From: a virus
Taxonomy: Duplodnaviria; Caudoviricetes
IMG/VR virus record: IMGVR_UViG_642791616_000001
Coordinates: 75,935 to 139,934 of that record
DNA: 64,000 bases
Strand: one strand, 5' to 3'
Shown here: positions 19,696 to 28,072 of the stretch, piece after piece
Layout of the letters: every line of letters starts with the position of its first letter
How positions within the stretch are numbered: the first letter of the stretch is position 1
Position numbers and translations under genes: made by a program
The notes under the pieces: model-generated
Databases searched by the model: none
Seen by the model: only the letters and a program-made list of their open reading frames with translations
What the model was told of the DNA's origin: nothing

Positions 19696-20741
19696 ACCGC
19701 CTCCCCTTCTCGGACTCTCTCAATAAATGCGAGCGCCTCTGCATACTGCTGCTTCGTACTTGCGTAGGCTCCCGATTTACGCATCTGCGCCACCTTACCG
19801 CGAATCACCGTCATTTCATCGTCTGTCAGCGACTTAGCAATCGCAGTCTTGAAGTTGTTGAACGTCCATGCTCCGAGGTCTAGTTCGGGCGGCGTACCCG
19901 CATCGACCGCATTTCGGATATCTACGAATCTATCAAGAATCGCGTCAATATCATGCGGCTTGATTTCGAGACCAAACGCTCGGATGTCCGGTGTCTTTTC
20001 AAATTCGCCTTCCGGATATACCCACGACTTTTTAGACGCATTGACGTAAAGAATGACGTAATAATCAACGCCGTACATCGGTCCATAAGTCACGCATTGT
20101 GCGACGTGCTTCGGGTCCGGTTCTCGCATCGAATGCAGCGACGTCCTAGCCGCGGATGTCTGCTTCGACTTGATTTCGAGTCCAACGCGTAGGATTTCGC
20201 CGTCTGCCGTCACATAACGCATGATGCCGTCGCAAGTTCCGTATAAGTAGAACGTCTGACCGCCGCGCTCGATCTTATGATTTCGTTTGGCAAAGTCCTC
20301 GAATACCGGCGTGCCATCTTCGTTGCGTTCGAAGTCAAACGGACATACACGACCCGTCTTTTTACCGAAGTGCTTCGCCATGAACAATATATCGCGCTGG
20401 ATCATGTCGCCGATCGCCGTTCCTAAGCGCGTCCATCGTCCTTGATATGGCGGCTTTGATTCGACGTCTTTCGGGTCATTCAACGCCTTGTGGTACAATT
20501 CACGCGGACATGCGTTTGCTGCCGATGGTGAGAAATACGGGCGCTTCGGGAATACGTTTGGCGCTTCCGAATACCACCGGTGAATATCCGCATCTAGTTG
20601 GTTATCCCACGTCTCGGGCAACGAGTGCCATTCGTTAAGATATGATACGAGTTCATCTGCGATTGACTGCGCAAATGAAGGTTCCGAAGATCCGCCGTTA
20701 CTAAGTAGTTGAGCCGCTAATTTTCGTTTGTCTGCCGTCAA
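19692..20741 (-). CDS. PD-(D/E)XK (Cas4/RecB-like) nuclease
   Basis: FSPSAANACPRELY, GTCDG...LEIKSK, QCVTY. Confidence 0.8.
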   Translation of the reverse strand: MTADKRKLAAQLLSNGGSSEPSFAQSIADELVSYLNEWHSLPETWDNQLDADIHRWYSEAPNVFPKRPYFSPSAANACPRELYHKALNDPKDVESKPPYQGRWTRLGTAIGDMIQRDILFMAKHFGKKTGRVCPFDFERNEDGTPVFEDFAKRNHKIERGGQTFYLYGTCDGIMRYVTADGEILRVGLEIKSKQTSAARTSLHSMREPDPKHVAQCVTYGPMYGVDYYVILYVNASKKSWVYPEGEFEKTPDIRAFGLEIKPHDIDAILDRFVDIRNAVDAGTPPELDLGAWTFNNFKTAIAKSLTDDEMTVIRGKVAQMRKSGAYASTKQQYAEALAFIERVREGEAV

Positions 20742-21464
20742 TTAATCACGTCCTTTCATATTGCGTTCGAGGATGGAACCGATCTTTAACGACATAGCTT
20801 CGTTATCCCTTAGCGCTTGGTAAATACGCAGCAGATCCGCTTTAGACAGCGCAACCATCTGAACCTCCCAAACGATTGCGTGCTTGGGAACGAATTTCAT
20901 CGGTCTGTCCGGCGCCTCCATAACTACGTTCGCAAAGTCGTTATATTCATCGACTACTCGTGGTAAGTATCTACGGAATACTTCGATCGTTGCCTCTACG
21001 TCATTTAACGCGCGGTGATGACCGTCTAGCGAAATTCCAATTCGTTTGGTCACGTCCTTTAATGACGCTGATAACTCCGGTTCTACGAATCGTGCCATAG
21101 CTCTCGTACAATAGAAGCGTTCCGGCTCGATGTCACCACGACTAATGAACGAAAGATCAAACGGTGCATTCTGCGCAACGACGATAGCGTCTCCGATGAA
21201 GTTTTGTAATTCGTCCAGCGCGTCCCATTCTTCCGGGGCGTCTTCGAGGTCTTCTTCCGTGATTCCGGTTAAATTCGTAATGAATTCGGGTAGATCGCGA
21301 CCTTCTTCTAATGCGACCATCGTATGAAAACGGCTTACCTCTTCGAATTCACGCACCCGACCGCCAAGTCGAATTTTAATTGCGCCAATTTCGATAATCT
21401 GATCCTTCTTATGATCGAGTCCCGTCGTTTCTAAATCGAGTACAACGTATGTTTGTGGAATCAT
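20742..21464 (-). CDS. DEDDh 3'-5' exonuclease (Pol III epsilon-like)
   Basis: VLDLETTGL, AQNAPFD, HHRALNDV. Confidence 0.9.
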   Translation of the reverse strand: MIPQTYVVLDLETTGLDHKKDQIIEIGAIKIRLGGRVREFEEVSRFHTMVALEEGRDLPEFITNLTGITEEDLEDAPEEWDALDELQNFIGDAIVVAQNAPFDLSFISRGDIEPERFYCTRAMARFVEPELSASLKDVTKRIGISLDGHHRALNDVEATIEVFRRYLPRVVDEYNDFANVVMEAPDRPMKFVPKHAIVWEVQMVALSKADLLRIYQALRDNEAMSLKIGSILERNMKGRD

Positions 21465-23698
21465 TAAACCGCCCCTTTTCCTTGCCAGCCTTCGCCGACA
21501 ATCCGTTTTTGTTTTTCGTAATCATCCTCGTTAGGGTAGTCATCACGGCTCACTTCACCGCTGAAGAATTCGCTTATCTTCAAACCCTCGCCCCATCTTC
21601 GGCTTATCTCGATGTCCGTCTTATTCGGTATGTTTCCGAACACGTACGTATTGACCATGACGTCCTCGAAGTCTTTTACGTCTTGCTGCGTAAGTGTATC
21701 CGGCACTAATAAAAGCGCCTCGTCATGAACCACGCACCATAAGCGCCATTCTCCACGTCCTTCAGCCGTCTTTCTATCGCATAACTCTTGCAGCGCAATC
21801 ATGGTCGCCTTTGTTTGAATCGCGGCCGAGCCTTGAACGCGGGCATTCGTTGACTGCGTAAAGACCGCTGAGTAGTGCCCTTTTGCGCTCCGATCTTTTG
21901 CGTCAGGAAGGCGCCGTTTTCGCTGTAAATGGTCCATCCAAACGAAGCCGTGTTTCTTGACGAACTTCTGATTCGATTCGACCCATTCTTTAACGACCGG
22001 AAATCTCTCGAAGAAACTGTCGAGGAACTTTTGTGCCTCGTGCTTTTCAACGCCGATCGCATCTTTTAGCATGTTCGCGCCGCCCCCGTAAGCAACCGCA
22101 AGCATAATAACCTTCGCCTGTTTACGGTAGACAGACCCATCTCCGCATTCTTCGATCGGCTTACCGAACACTTCTGCCGCGATAGATGCGTATAAATCGT
22201 CGCCGCGGAAATAGTTATCGACTAGCTTCGGGTCTTGCGTAAAGTACGCCAGGCATCGGTATTCTTGTTGGCTCCAGTCACCGCCTAGTATTGCGTAGCC
22301 TTCGGGCGCAACGAATAATTTACGAGCCTTCTTCGGCTGGTTCTGTAGGTTGACGCCCGTTCCGCCGGAACTGAACCGGCCCGTCTTCGCTCCATTCGGA
22401 TTGAAGTTCGTGTATAACTTGCCGGTCTTTTGATCGATTAGCTCCGGCAATGCGTTGATATACGTTGAATAAAGCTTAAAGCTGTCTTTATATTCGAGTA
22501 GCTTCTTAACTACCGGATACTTTTTCGCAAGTGGTTTAAGTACCTTCTTCGCATCGGTTGACGCTAGTGATTCGCCCGTTACCCGTTCAAGGGCCGGCTT
22601 TAACTGCGCCGGAGAGTTTATGTTGACGTCGCCTAGTTCTTCGATTAGCTCATCGTATAAACGGTCTAAGCCGCTTTTTAATTCGCGTCCATATTCCTCG
22701 GCGTAATCTAAATCAATATCGAAGCCGGTAGTCTCCATCTGCTGAACTACGCTGATCAACGGAACCTCTACCGTCTCGTAATAACGCAGTACTTCCGGCA
22801 TTTTTGCGAGATGCTCCCGCTGGAAGTTTCGTAGCTTAAGCGTCACGTCACCGTCTTTAGCTGCATAGGCAAGCGCGATTTCTAAATCGTCTACTTCGTC
22901 AAAGCCGATCTTTCCGAACAGGTCACCGTAGGTACTCGACTCGATGCGCAAGTATTTTGTGACAAGGTTCTTAAGAGCAAATGACGGCTCGTTTTCGTTT
23001 AGAAGTCGCATAGCTTCCTGTGTATCCCACGTAAGTCCGCGCAGCTTAATTCCTTCGCGATCAAGCATATGAATATCGAACTTAGCGTTATGGGCGAGTT
23101 TGCCGACGGTCGGGTCTTCGTAGAAAGGTCGTAGAGTTTCGTTTACTAAATCTCGGCTTAATTGCGGTAGGATAGTTTTATGTCGCGTTGGAATATAAGC
23201 GTGTACGTCCGCTTTGATCGCCGTGATCACATGGCCGACGATATAATCGTTCCACACGTCAACGCCGGTCGTTTCTACGTCAAATACGATTTCTTCTTCG
23301 TTTTCAAGTAGCGCCACAAACTCGGCCAGCCGCTTTTCATCCGTGATCAGCCAGTAATTCTCCGGCGTTTCCTCGACCATTTTACGTAACTTATCTTCGC
23401 GGTTCTGCGCTTGCACCGTTTTCCAAAGACGCAGCGCTTCCGCCTTGCTGAATTTCTTCGGCTTGCCGGCTTTATTAACGCAGTCAGAAGGATCGCGCGC
23501 CAAGCGTCCGTCCTCCATAGCCGCCTTGACTTCGTCTAATTTCTGCCGGTCTGAATCGCTAAGTTTACTCGCGTAGATGCGACGCCATGCATCCTCGATT
23601 GGCTCGACGGCGTTGGCCGCTTGCTTACGTTTGGCAACGTCGGCCGCCGGCGCCGCCTTATGTCCATTTACGTTTAGTTTTAACGGCTTGATTTCCAC
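21464..23698 (-). CDS. polA: Family A DNA polymerase with 3'-5' exonuclease
   Basis: FDVETTG, HNAKFD, TGRFSS, NLQNQP, DWSQQEYR, RKQAKVIMLAVAYG, VVHDE; GTG start after AGGAGG. Confidence 0.95.
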   Translation of the reverse strand: MEIKPLKLNVNGHKAAPAADVAKRKQAANAVEPIEDAWRRIYASKLSDSDRQKLDEVKAAMEDGRLARDPSDCVNKAGKPKKFSKAEALRLWKTVQAQNREDKLRKMVEETPENYWLITDEKRLAEFVALLENEEEIVFDVETTGVDVWNDYIVGHVITAIKADVHAYIPTRHKTILPQLSRDLVNETLRPFYEDPTVGKLAHNAKFDIHMLDREGIKLRGLTWDTQEAMRLLNENEPSFALKNLVTKYLRIESSTYGDLFGKIGFDEVDDLEIALAYAAKDGDVTLKLRNFQREHLAKMPEVLRYYETVEVPLISVVQQMETTGFDIDLDYAEEYGRELKSGLDRLYDELIEELGDVNINSPAQLKPALERVTGESLASTDAKKVLKPLAKKYPVVKKLLEYKDSFKLYSTYINALPELIDQKTGKLYTNFNPNGAKTGRFSSGGTGVNLQNQPKKARKLFVAPEGYAILGGDWSQQEYRCLAYFTQDPKLVDNYFRGDDLYASIAAEVFGKPIEECGDGSVYRKQAKVIMLAVAYGGGANMLKDAIGVEKHEAQKFLDSFFERFPVVKEWVESNQKFVKKHGFVWMDHLQRKRRLPDAKDRSAKGHYSAVFTQSTNARVQGSAAIQTKATMIALQELCDRKTAEGRGEWRLWCVVHDEALLLVPDTLTQQDVKDFEDVMVNTYVFGNIPNKTDIEISRRWGEGLKISEFFSGEVSRDDYPNEDDYEKQKRIVGEGWQGKGAV

Positions 23699-23718
23699 GT
23701 CGCGTCCTCCTTTCTTCG

Positions 23719-23889
23719 TTAAAAGTCGATTTCGTCCGTCCACTTCCGCCTGTGTGCCGCCTCATTGTCCGCGTAAAACTCCGACCAGCAGTCGCCGTCG
23801 CAACAATACACATCGTATAGTGAGTCGTAAACGGCGGACTGGCCTTCGTTAATGGGCGCTTGGCAGGCGGCGCATTTAGCTGCGGTCAA
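23719..23889 (-). CDS. Small Cys-rich protein (56 aa)
   Basis: TTG start; KCAACQAPINEG...YCCDGDCW. Confidence 0.55.
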   Translation of the reverse strand: MTAAKCAACQAPINEGQSAVYDSLYDVYCCDGDCWSEFYADNEAAHRRKWTDEIDF

Positions 23890-24619
23890 AACGTGCCTCG
23901 ACCGGAGTGACTAGCGTGATTCGATCTTTCTCTAAATAAAACACGTTATTAAACCCGCCCTTATCAACTGCCGCCACACGTACTAATCCGCCTTTGTCCT
24001 CGCCAACTTTCCCGAACCCCTTATTCGCAAACCATTCCGGATCATCATACGCAACAATATCGTCTTTCCGATACTCGTCAACTTTGCGTCCGATCTTCGC
24101 CCATTTCGCTTCGACAGAGTGTTTTGCTTCCGCTTCTTTGACGGCTGCGACTTCGTCTTCGGTTGCGAGGACTAATTCGGATTCACGCATCCAAACGGTT
24201 TCTCCAACAAACTCTCCGTTCTGAACCTTGCACTGAAACGGACGGTACTTTTTGTCATCGATCAAAACCTTAACGAAGTCTCCCTGAGCAACTTTCCATT
24301 CTTTAGCACAATCGATCACCTTCGCATAATCTCCGACTTTTAGGCGGGCATGCTTCTTGTGAAATGGAATGTAATCTTCTCGGGAAAGGGCGTTTAGATC
24401 GCCTTCATCGTCATAAAAATAAGCGTCTCCATCGCGATCAACCTCGTTGATTATATAAAACGCTCCGGCTGTTATATCGTGACACCCTTCCTTGGACATT
24501 AATAAACCGCCAACCTCCGCGTCTCTCTCAACGCGTTCATACTCCGCACCTTCATACGACACTTTCGTAATCTCTCCGCCCACCATATCGAGCGTCTTTA
24601 CGCCTTTTAATGCCGCCAT
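23876..24619 (-). CDS. Phage protein of the R-x-A-x-VG domain family
   Basis: YERVERDAEVGG; several SH3/KOW-like segments. Confidence 0.75.
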   Translation of the reverse strand: MAALKGVKTLDMVGGEITKVSYEGAEYERVERDAEVGGLLMSKEGCHDITAGAFYIINEVDRDGDAYFYDDEGDLNALSREDYIPFHKKHARLKVGDYAKVIDCAKEWKVAQGDFVKVLIDDKKYRPFQCKVQNGEFVGETVWMRESELVLATEDEVAAVKEAEAKHSVEAKWAKIGRKVDEYRKDDIVAYDDPEWFANKGFGKVGEDKGGLVRVAAVDKGGFNNVFYLEKDRITLVTPVEARFDRS

Positions 24620-24659
24620 CTATTCGTCCTCCTTTTATTGACCGTCCGACCCGATAAGG

Positions 24660-25094
24660 TCAAACCGCCTCCGCTTCGTTTTCAATCGCCGCCAAGAAAT
24701 CGCGATCTAAATTAAGTTTAAGTTCGACCCATTCCCGCTTACCTTCGTTTCGCTTCGGCATCCAATAGTCCGTAATGCCGCGGCACTCGAACATGTACGC
24801 TTTGGTTACGTCGGCTTCGATTAGCACGCCGATAAAATAGTCCGTGTCGGCTTTCGTGTACGGTTTGCCGGTGTTCTTGCGCCCACTAACTGTTAAAGTA
24901 TCACGCTTCTTCCTGCGATCACGAATCGTCTTTACTTGAAACCGCTTGATCTCGCCGCTAAACGGATCGGCTGCGAGAATATCATAAGGCTCTTCGGTTT
25001 CCGGCTTGCTGACGCCTGACCAGCCGGCCGCCATTAAGGCAGCTCGGGCGATCATTTCGGCGAACTTGCCGATCGTTTCTTCTTTGTGCGCCAT
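24660..25094 (-). CDS. PD-(D/E)XK endonuclease-like protein
   Basis: GKFAE...PYDILA...RFQVKT...YTKADTDYFIGV. Confidence 0.75.
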   Translation of the reverse strand: MAHKEETIGKFAEMIARAALMAAGWSGVSKPETEEPYDILAADPFSGEIKRFQVKTIRDRRKKRDTLTVSGRKNTGKPYTKADTDYFIGVLIEADVTKAYMFECRGITDYWMPKRNEGKREWVELKLNLDRDFLAAIENEAEAV

Positions 25095-25349
25095 CTATTC
25101 GTCCTCCTTCGTGATATGCCCGGCTAAAATATCGCTAATAGATTCCGCAACTTCAACGTCGTTTGTCATTAACTGACGCGCATTATTCGCTATTTTCTCA
25201 CCGTAAACTGCCTCGATGAGTCTCCACACGGTCGAAGTTGCTGCTTCGTAAATTGACGCCTTAATAACAATCAATTCCGCCAACGAAACTTCTACGGTGA
25301 CCTTCTTCGATAAATCTAACGTCTGCGATTCCGTTTTAATTTCTCGCAT
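25095..25349 (-). CDS. Phage hypothetical protein
   Basis: GGAGG RBS, operon context. Confidence 0.65.
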   Translation of the reverse strand: MREIKTESQTLDLSKKVTVEVSLAELIVIKASIYEAATSTVWRLIEAVYGEKIANNARQLMTNDVEVAESISDILAGHITKEDE

Positions 25350-25362
25350 CTATGCGTCCTCC

Positions 25363-26142
25363 TTAGAATCCGAGGTTTTCTTCGGCTGGTAGTTCGTCGT
25401 CTGCTGCCGTCTGAGATCCGCCGCCAAGCGATTCGCCAATTAACGCTAGGTCAAAGCCTGCCGCGACTAGATTTTCGAGCATTTCCTTTTCGTCAGCTTC
25501 GTAAATTAAGCCGTCAAATAAAGACATGTCGAACTCTTTGCCGTCTTGCGCTGCGAAATGCTTGCGTTCCACTTCCGTCAAATCCTCTTCCATATCGATA
25601 AGAGGCGTTAGCGAAACGACTGTACTCGTTCCTGAGCCGGACTTCTCTAACTCAAACGCGATACGACCGAGCTTCTTCTCTTGTTTCTTAATGACCGCAT
25701 GAACAGTCGTAGCCTGCGGCTTAGAAAGATCGACGATGATTGGCTCGCCAGTTTCGAGGTTGATAAATCCTAGCGCATAACGTTCTTTTACGCGATATTT
25801 AGCCGCTTCTTGCTTAGCCGCTTCTTCCGCTTTAGCATCTCCGCGATCATCAGCCGCTTTCTTTTGGTCTTGATAATACTTCCATGCGCGATCCCATGAC
25901 GTTAGGTTCGACTCAGGAAAGCCGTTCTTATTTAGCGTGCTTGGATTAGCCGCCGAGAACGAATTTACCTTCTTATAGATTCCGTATGAGAAGAAGCGAA
26001 TCAGATCGAACGCACTCATTACGCGTACCTTATAAACCGTGCCCGTCTTAAAGCTCGCAAACTCAGCGCTATTACCGCCATTACCTTCATTTGTTGCGTT
26101 CAATGCGTTTAGAGCGTCAGCTCCGCTAGTGTACTTTGTCAT
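25363..26142 (-). CDS. Probable single-stranded DNA-binding protein
   Basis: OB-like core (FELEKSGSGTSTVVSL), acidic tail ending in F (ADDELPAEENLGF); replication-module context. Confidence 0.65.
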   Translation of the reverse strand: MTKYTSGADALNALNATNEGNGGNSAEFASFKTGTVYKVRVMSAFDLIRFFSYGIYKKVNSFSAANPSTLNKNGFPESNLTSWDRAWKYYQDQKKAADDRGDAKAEEAAKQEAAKYRVKERYALGFINLETGEPIIVDLSKPQATTVHAVIKKQEKKLGRIAFELEKSGSGTSTVVSLTPLIDMEEDLTEVERKHFAAQDGKEFDMSLFDGLIYEADEKEMLENLVAAGFDLALIGESLGGGSQTAADDELPAEENLGF

Positions 26143-26391
26143 CCGATTACCTCCGTTAATTTGTTTTAGGGTTTGACCCTCGCAAAACACCGGTATCTGC
26201 GCCCGAGACGCCGCCAGCGCACGGCATAGCGACGCGACAGTTTTACTTAACGAACGCCCCGGTATTCTCCGAGCGTCGGCGGTCATCCGCCGCCTTTATT
26301 CCGTCTCTCTTCGCTCACTAGCGACCAATACATGCCGCCGATAATGAAGGTCGAGATTGTGCCGACGAATGCGAAATACATTAAGAAGTCG

Positions 26392-26916
26392 TCAAACATA
26401 CGCGGCAACTCCTCTCGCATAGCGCGTTACTTGGCGCTTGATTTCGAGAGATTCGGTAGGCAGTTCATCGACGCGCATTTGAACGGCATTGATTCGGGCT
26501 TGTAGCGCCATTCTTTTAGCTTTCGATCGAGTACGTTGGAGTTCTTCGGCTAACCAGCGTAGCTCTTCGTCTAATTCAGCCGAAAATGATTCGTATTGAC
26601 TAATCGTTTCAGTTGCGTTTTTCTTTATGACTTCATAAGCGTCGATAAGTAAGCGCTTGGCGATCGACCCGGCGTTGTCTTTTTCCTTATAAACGGTAAT
26701 AACGACGTTTGTGTCTACCGCAAAATGAATAACTACGCCTTTACTCGCGTACATGCGAGCCTCTTTGCCGGATTCATCTACAGTGATTCCGAGATACTGA
26801 GCGTGTTCCATTTTCTGCGCGATCCAATTACGTGCGGCATAATGATTATCGATGCCAAATCGGGTTTTAAATCGCTGCTTCGCGTGGTGGGTTATGGTTA
26901 TTTCGGAAGGTTTCAT
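26392..26916 (-). CDS. Protein with a DUF4258/RelE-like (BECR) N-terminus and coiled coil
   Basis: ITHHAKQRFKTRF...VVITVY. Confidence 0.55.
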   Translation of the reverse strand: MKPSEITITHHAKQRFKTRFGIDNHYAARNWIAQKMEHAQYLGITVDESGKEARMYASKGVVIHFAVDTNVVITVYKEKDNAGSIAKRLLIDAYEVIKKNATETISQYESFSAELDEELRWLAEELQRTRSKAKRMALQARINAVQMRVDELPTESLEIKRQVTRYARGVAAYV

Positions 26917-27056
26917 CCGACGCGCACCGCCTTGATCGAAGTCGGTCGGTAATAGTCCGCCGGATCATCCTCGCGATATAACGCGCCTTCGTATTGTAAT
27001 TCCGTTAATTTTTGGATGTTTACTACGGGTGGGAAATCGTTTGTAGGTTGTTTCAT
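26913..27056 (-). CDS. Small hypothetical protein (47 aa)
   Basis: AGGAGG RBS; MKQPTNDFPPVVNIQKLTELQYEGALYREDDPADYYRPTSIKAVRVG; ATGA overlap with the next gene. Confidence 0.6.
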   Translation of the reverse strand: MKQPTNDFPPVVNIQKLTELQYEGALYREDDPADYYRPTSIKAVRVG

Positions 27057-27190
27057 AGTACGTTAGCCTCCTTAATTTTTAGGTAAAACGTACTAGACGG
27101 AGGGTTGTTCGCATGGTGTTCGCTTGAAATTCGATTCTCAATCGATTATCATTAAAATACGTAGCGAAGCCCTCGTGCCTAGATACGTGA

Positions 27191-27721
27191 TTATGCTGTT
27201 AGTTCGCGCTGGCAGTGTAAACGGAAACGTCGGATGAACTTGCGATGTGCTTCGAAATTTCCTCCTAAACGTTGCGTCAACAACGTGGAGATTTCGGTCA
27301 TATTCGTACATCCTTCGCTCCAACATCTAAGTATTAATTCTTTGCGAAGATCGCCTTGCGTCAACAGGGCGGTCTTTTCTTTTAGTAAAACTTCGCCTTC
27401 GACGTCCGTCAAAACGTCTTGAGGCTCCCACGAGACATTACCATCATCTCGCATTCCTTCTATAGATAAAGCCGCTTCTTTTCGTGAAGCCTTCAGATAC
27501 TTATTTCGTTCCCTTACGATAATGCGCTGGATCAACGCTTTCTTATCACGACCATTCCCTTCATAGCGCTCCAACCAGTAGCCTATCGAGTTTAAGCACC
27601 GCTGCTCGAACGATGTTTGGTCGGGAACTAAGTGTGCGATTCGTTGCGATTCTCTTTGTACATACGGAATCGCTCCGTAATCTGCGGCCATCTGAAGTCT
27701 ATTAAATTTTTCTTTATTCAA
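27191..27721 (-). CDS. ECF-sized sigma-70-like factor (176 aa)
   Basis: GGAGG RBS + TTG; region-2-like PYVQRESQRI..DQTSFEQ..LERY..LIQRIIVRERNKYLK and region-4-like RKELILRCWSEGCTNMTEISTLL. Confidence 0.65.
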   Translation of the reverse strand: MNKEKFNRLQMAADYGAIPYVQRESQRIAHLVPDQTSFEQRCLNSIGYWLERYEGNGRDKKALIQRIIVRERNKYLKASRKEAALSIEGMRDDGNVSWEPQDVLTDVEGEVLLKEKTALLTQGDLRKELILRCWSEGCTNMTEISTLLTQRLGGNFEAHRKFIRRFRLHCQRELTA

Positions 27722-27743
27722 GTTTTTCTCCTCCCGTCCCTTA

Positions 27744-27784
27744 CACTTATACAGTCGCATATGGTCTGTTAGAATCGGGACATT
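27744..27784 (-). promoter_or_regulatory. Phage-specific promoter-like motif, copy 2 (upstream of the sigma-like gene)
   Basis: Minus strand AATGTCCCGATT-N-CCATATGCGACTGTATAAGTG. Confidence 0.75.
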
Positions 27785-27908
27785 TGATATAAAGTTTTTT
27801 ATATTTTTTCTTCCATGTCCATATATTAGCATCTAGGGAGGAGAAGTTTGTGGTTTTTGGATAATCTTAGTTTTTTAGACTTTTCCGAAAAATATCATAA
27901 AAAAAGAC

Positions 27909-27937
27909 AAAAGAAAAAGGCCAGTTGGCCCGTTCTT
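27909..27937 (-). terminator. Terminator after aimP
   Basis: GGCC-AACT-GGCC stem followed by a U-tract on the minus strand. Confidence 0.55.
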
Positions 27938-28072
27938 TTATCCACCTACTTTTATTGCGCTTGTCTGTATTGGTGTATTTTCATCCGCTAAATCTTTTGT
28001 GGATCCTTCGGTATTAAGAAGCGAAAGAACTAATGCCCCTAAAACAAAACCCGTTAATAAAATCTTTTTCAT
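27938..28072 (-). CDS. aimP: Arbitrium pro-peptide AimP-like (44 aa)
   Basis: GGAG RBS; MKKILLTGFVLGALVLSLLNTEGSTKDLADENTPIQTSAIKVGG: signal peptide plus C-terminal short peptide, directly after an HTH-TPR receptor. Confidence 0.85.
   Translation of the reverse strand: MKKILLTGFVLGALVLSLLNTEGSTKDLADENTPIQTSAIKVGG

Noticed and set aside
19692-20741. Cas4-like nuclease as evidence of CRISPR
   Set aside because: Solo phage recombination-type nuclease in a replication operon; no array or other cas genes
27103-27122. LexA (Cheo) box
   Set aside because: Two GTTCGC half-sites are direct repeats, not the GAAC-N4-GTTC palindrome
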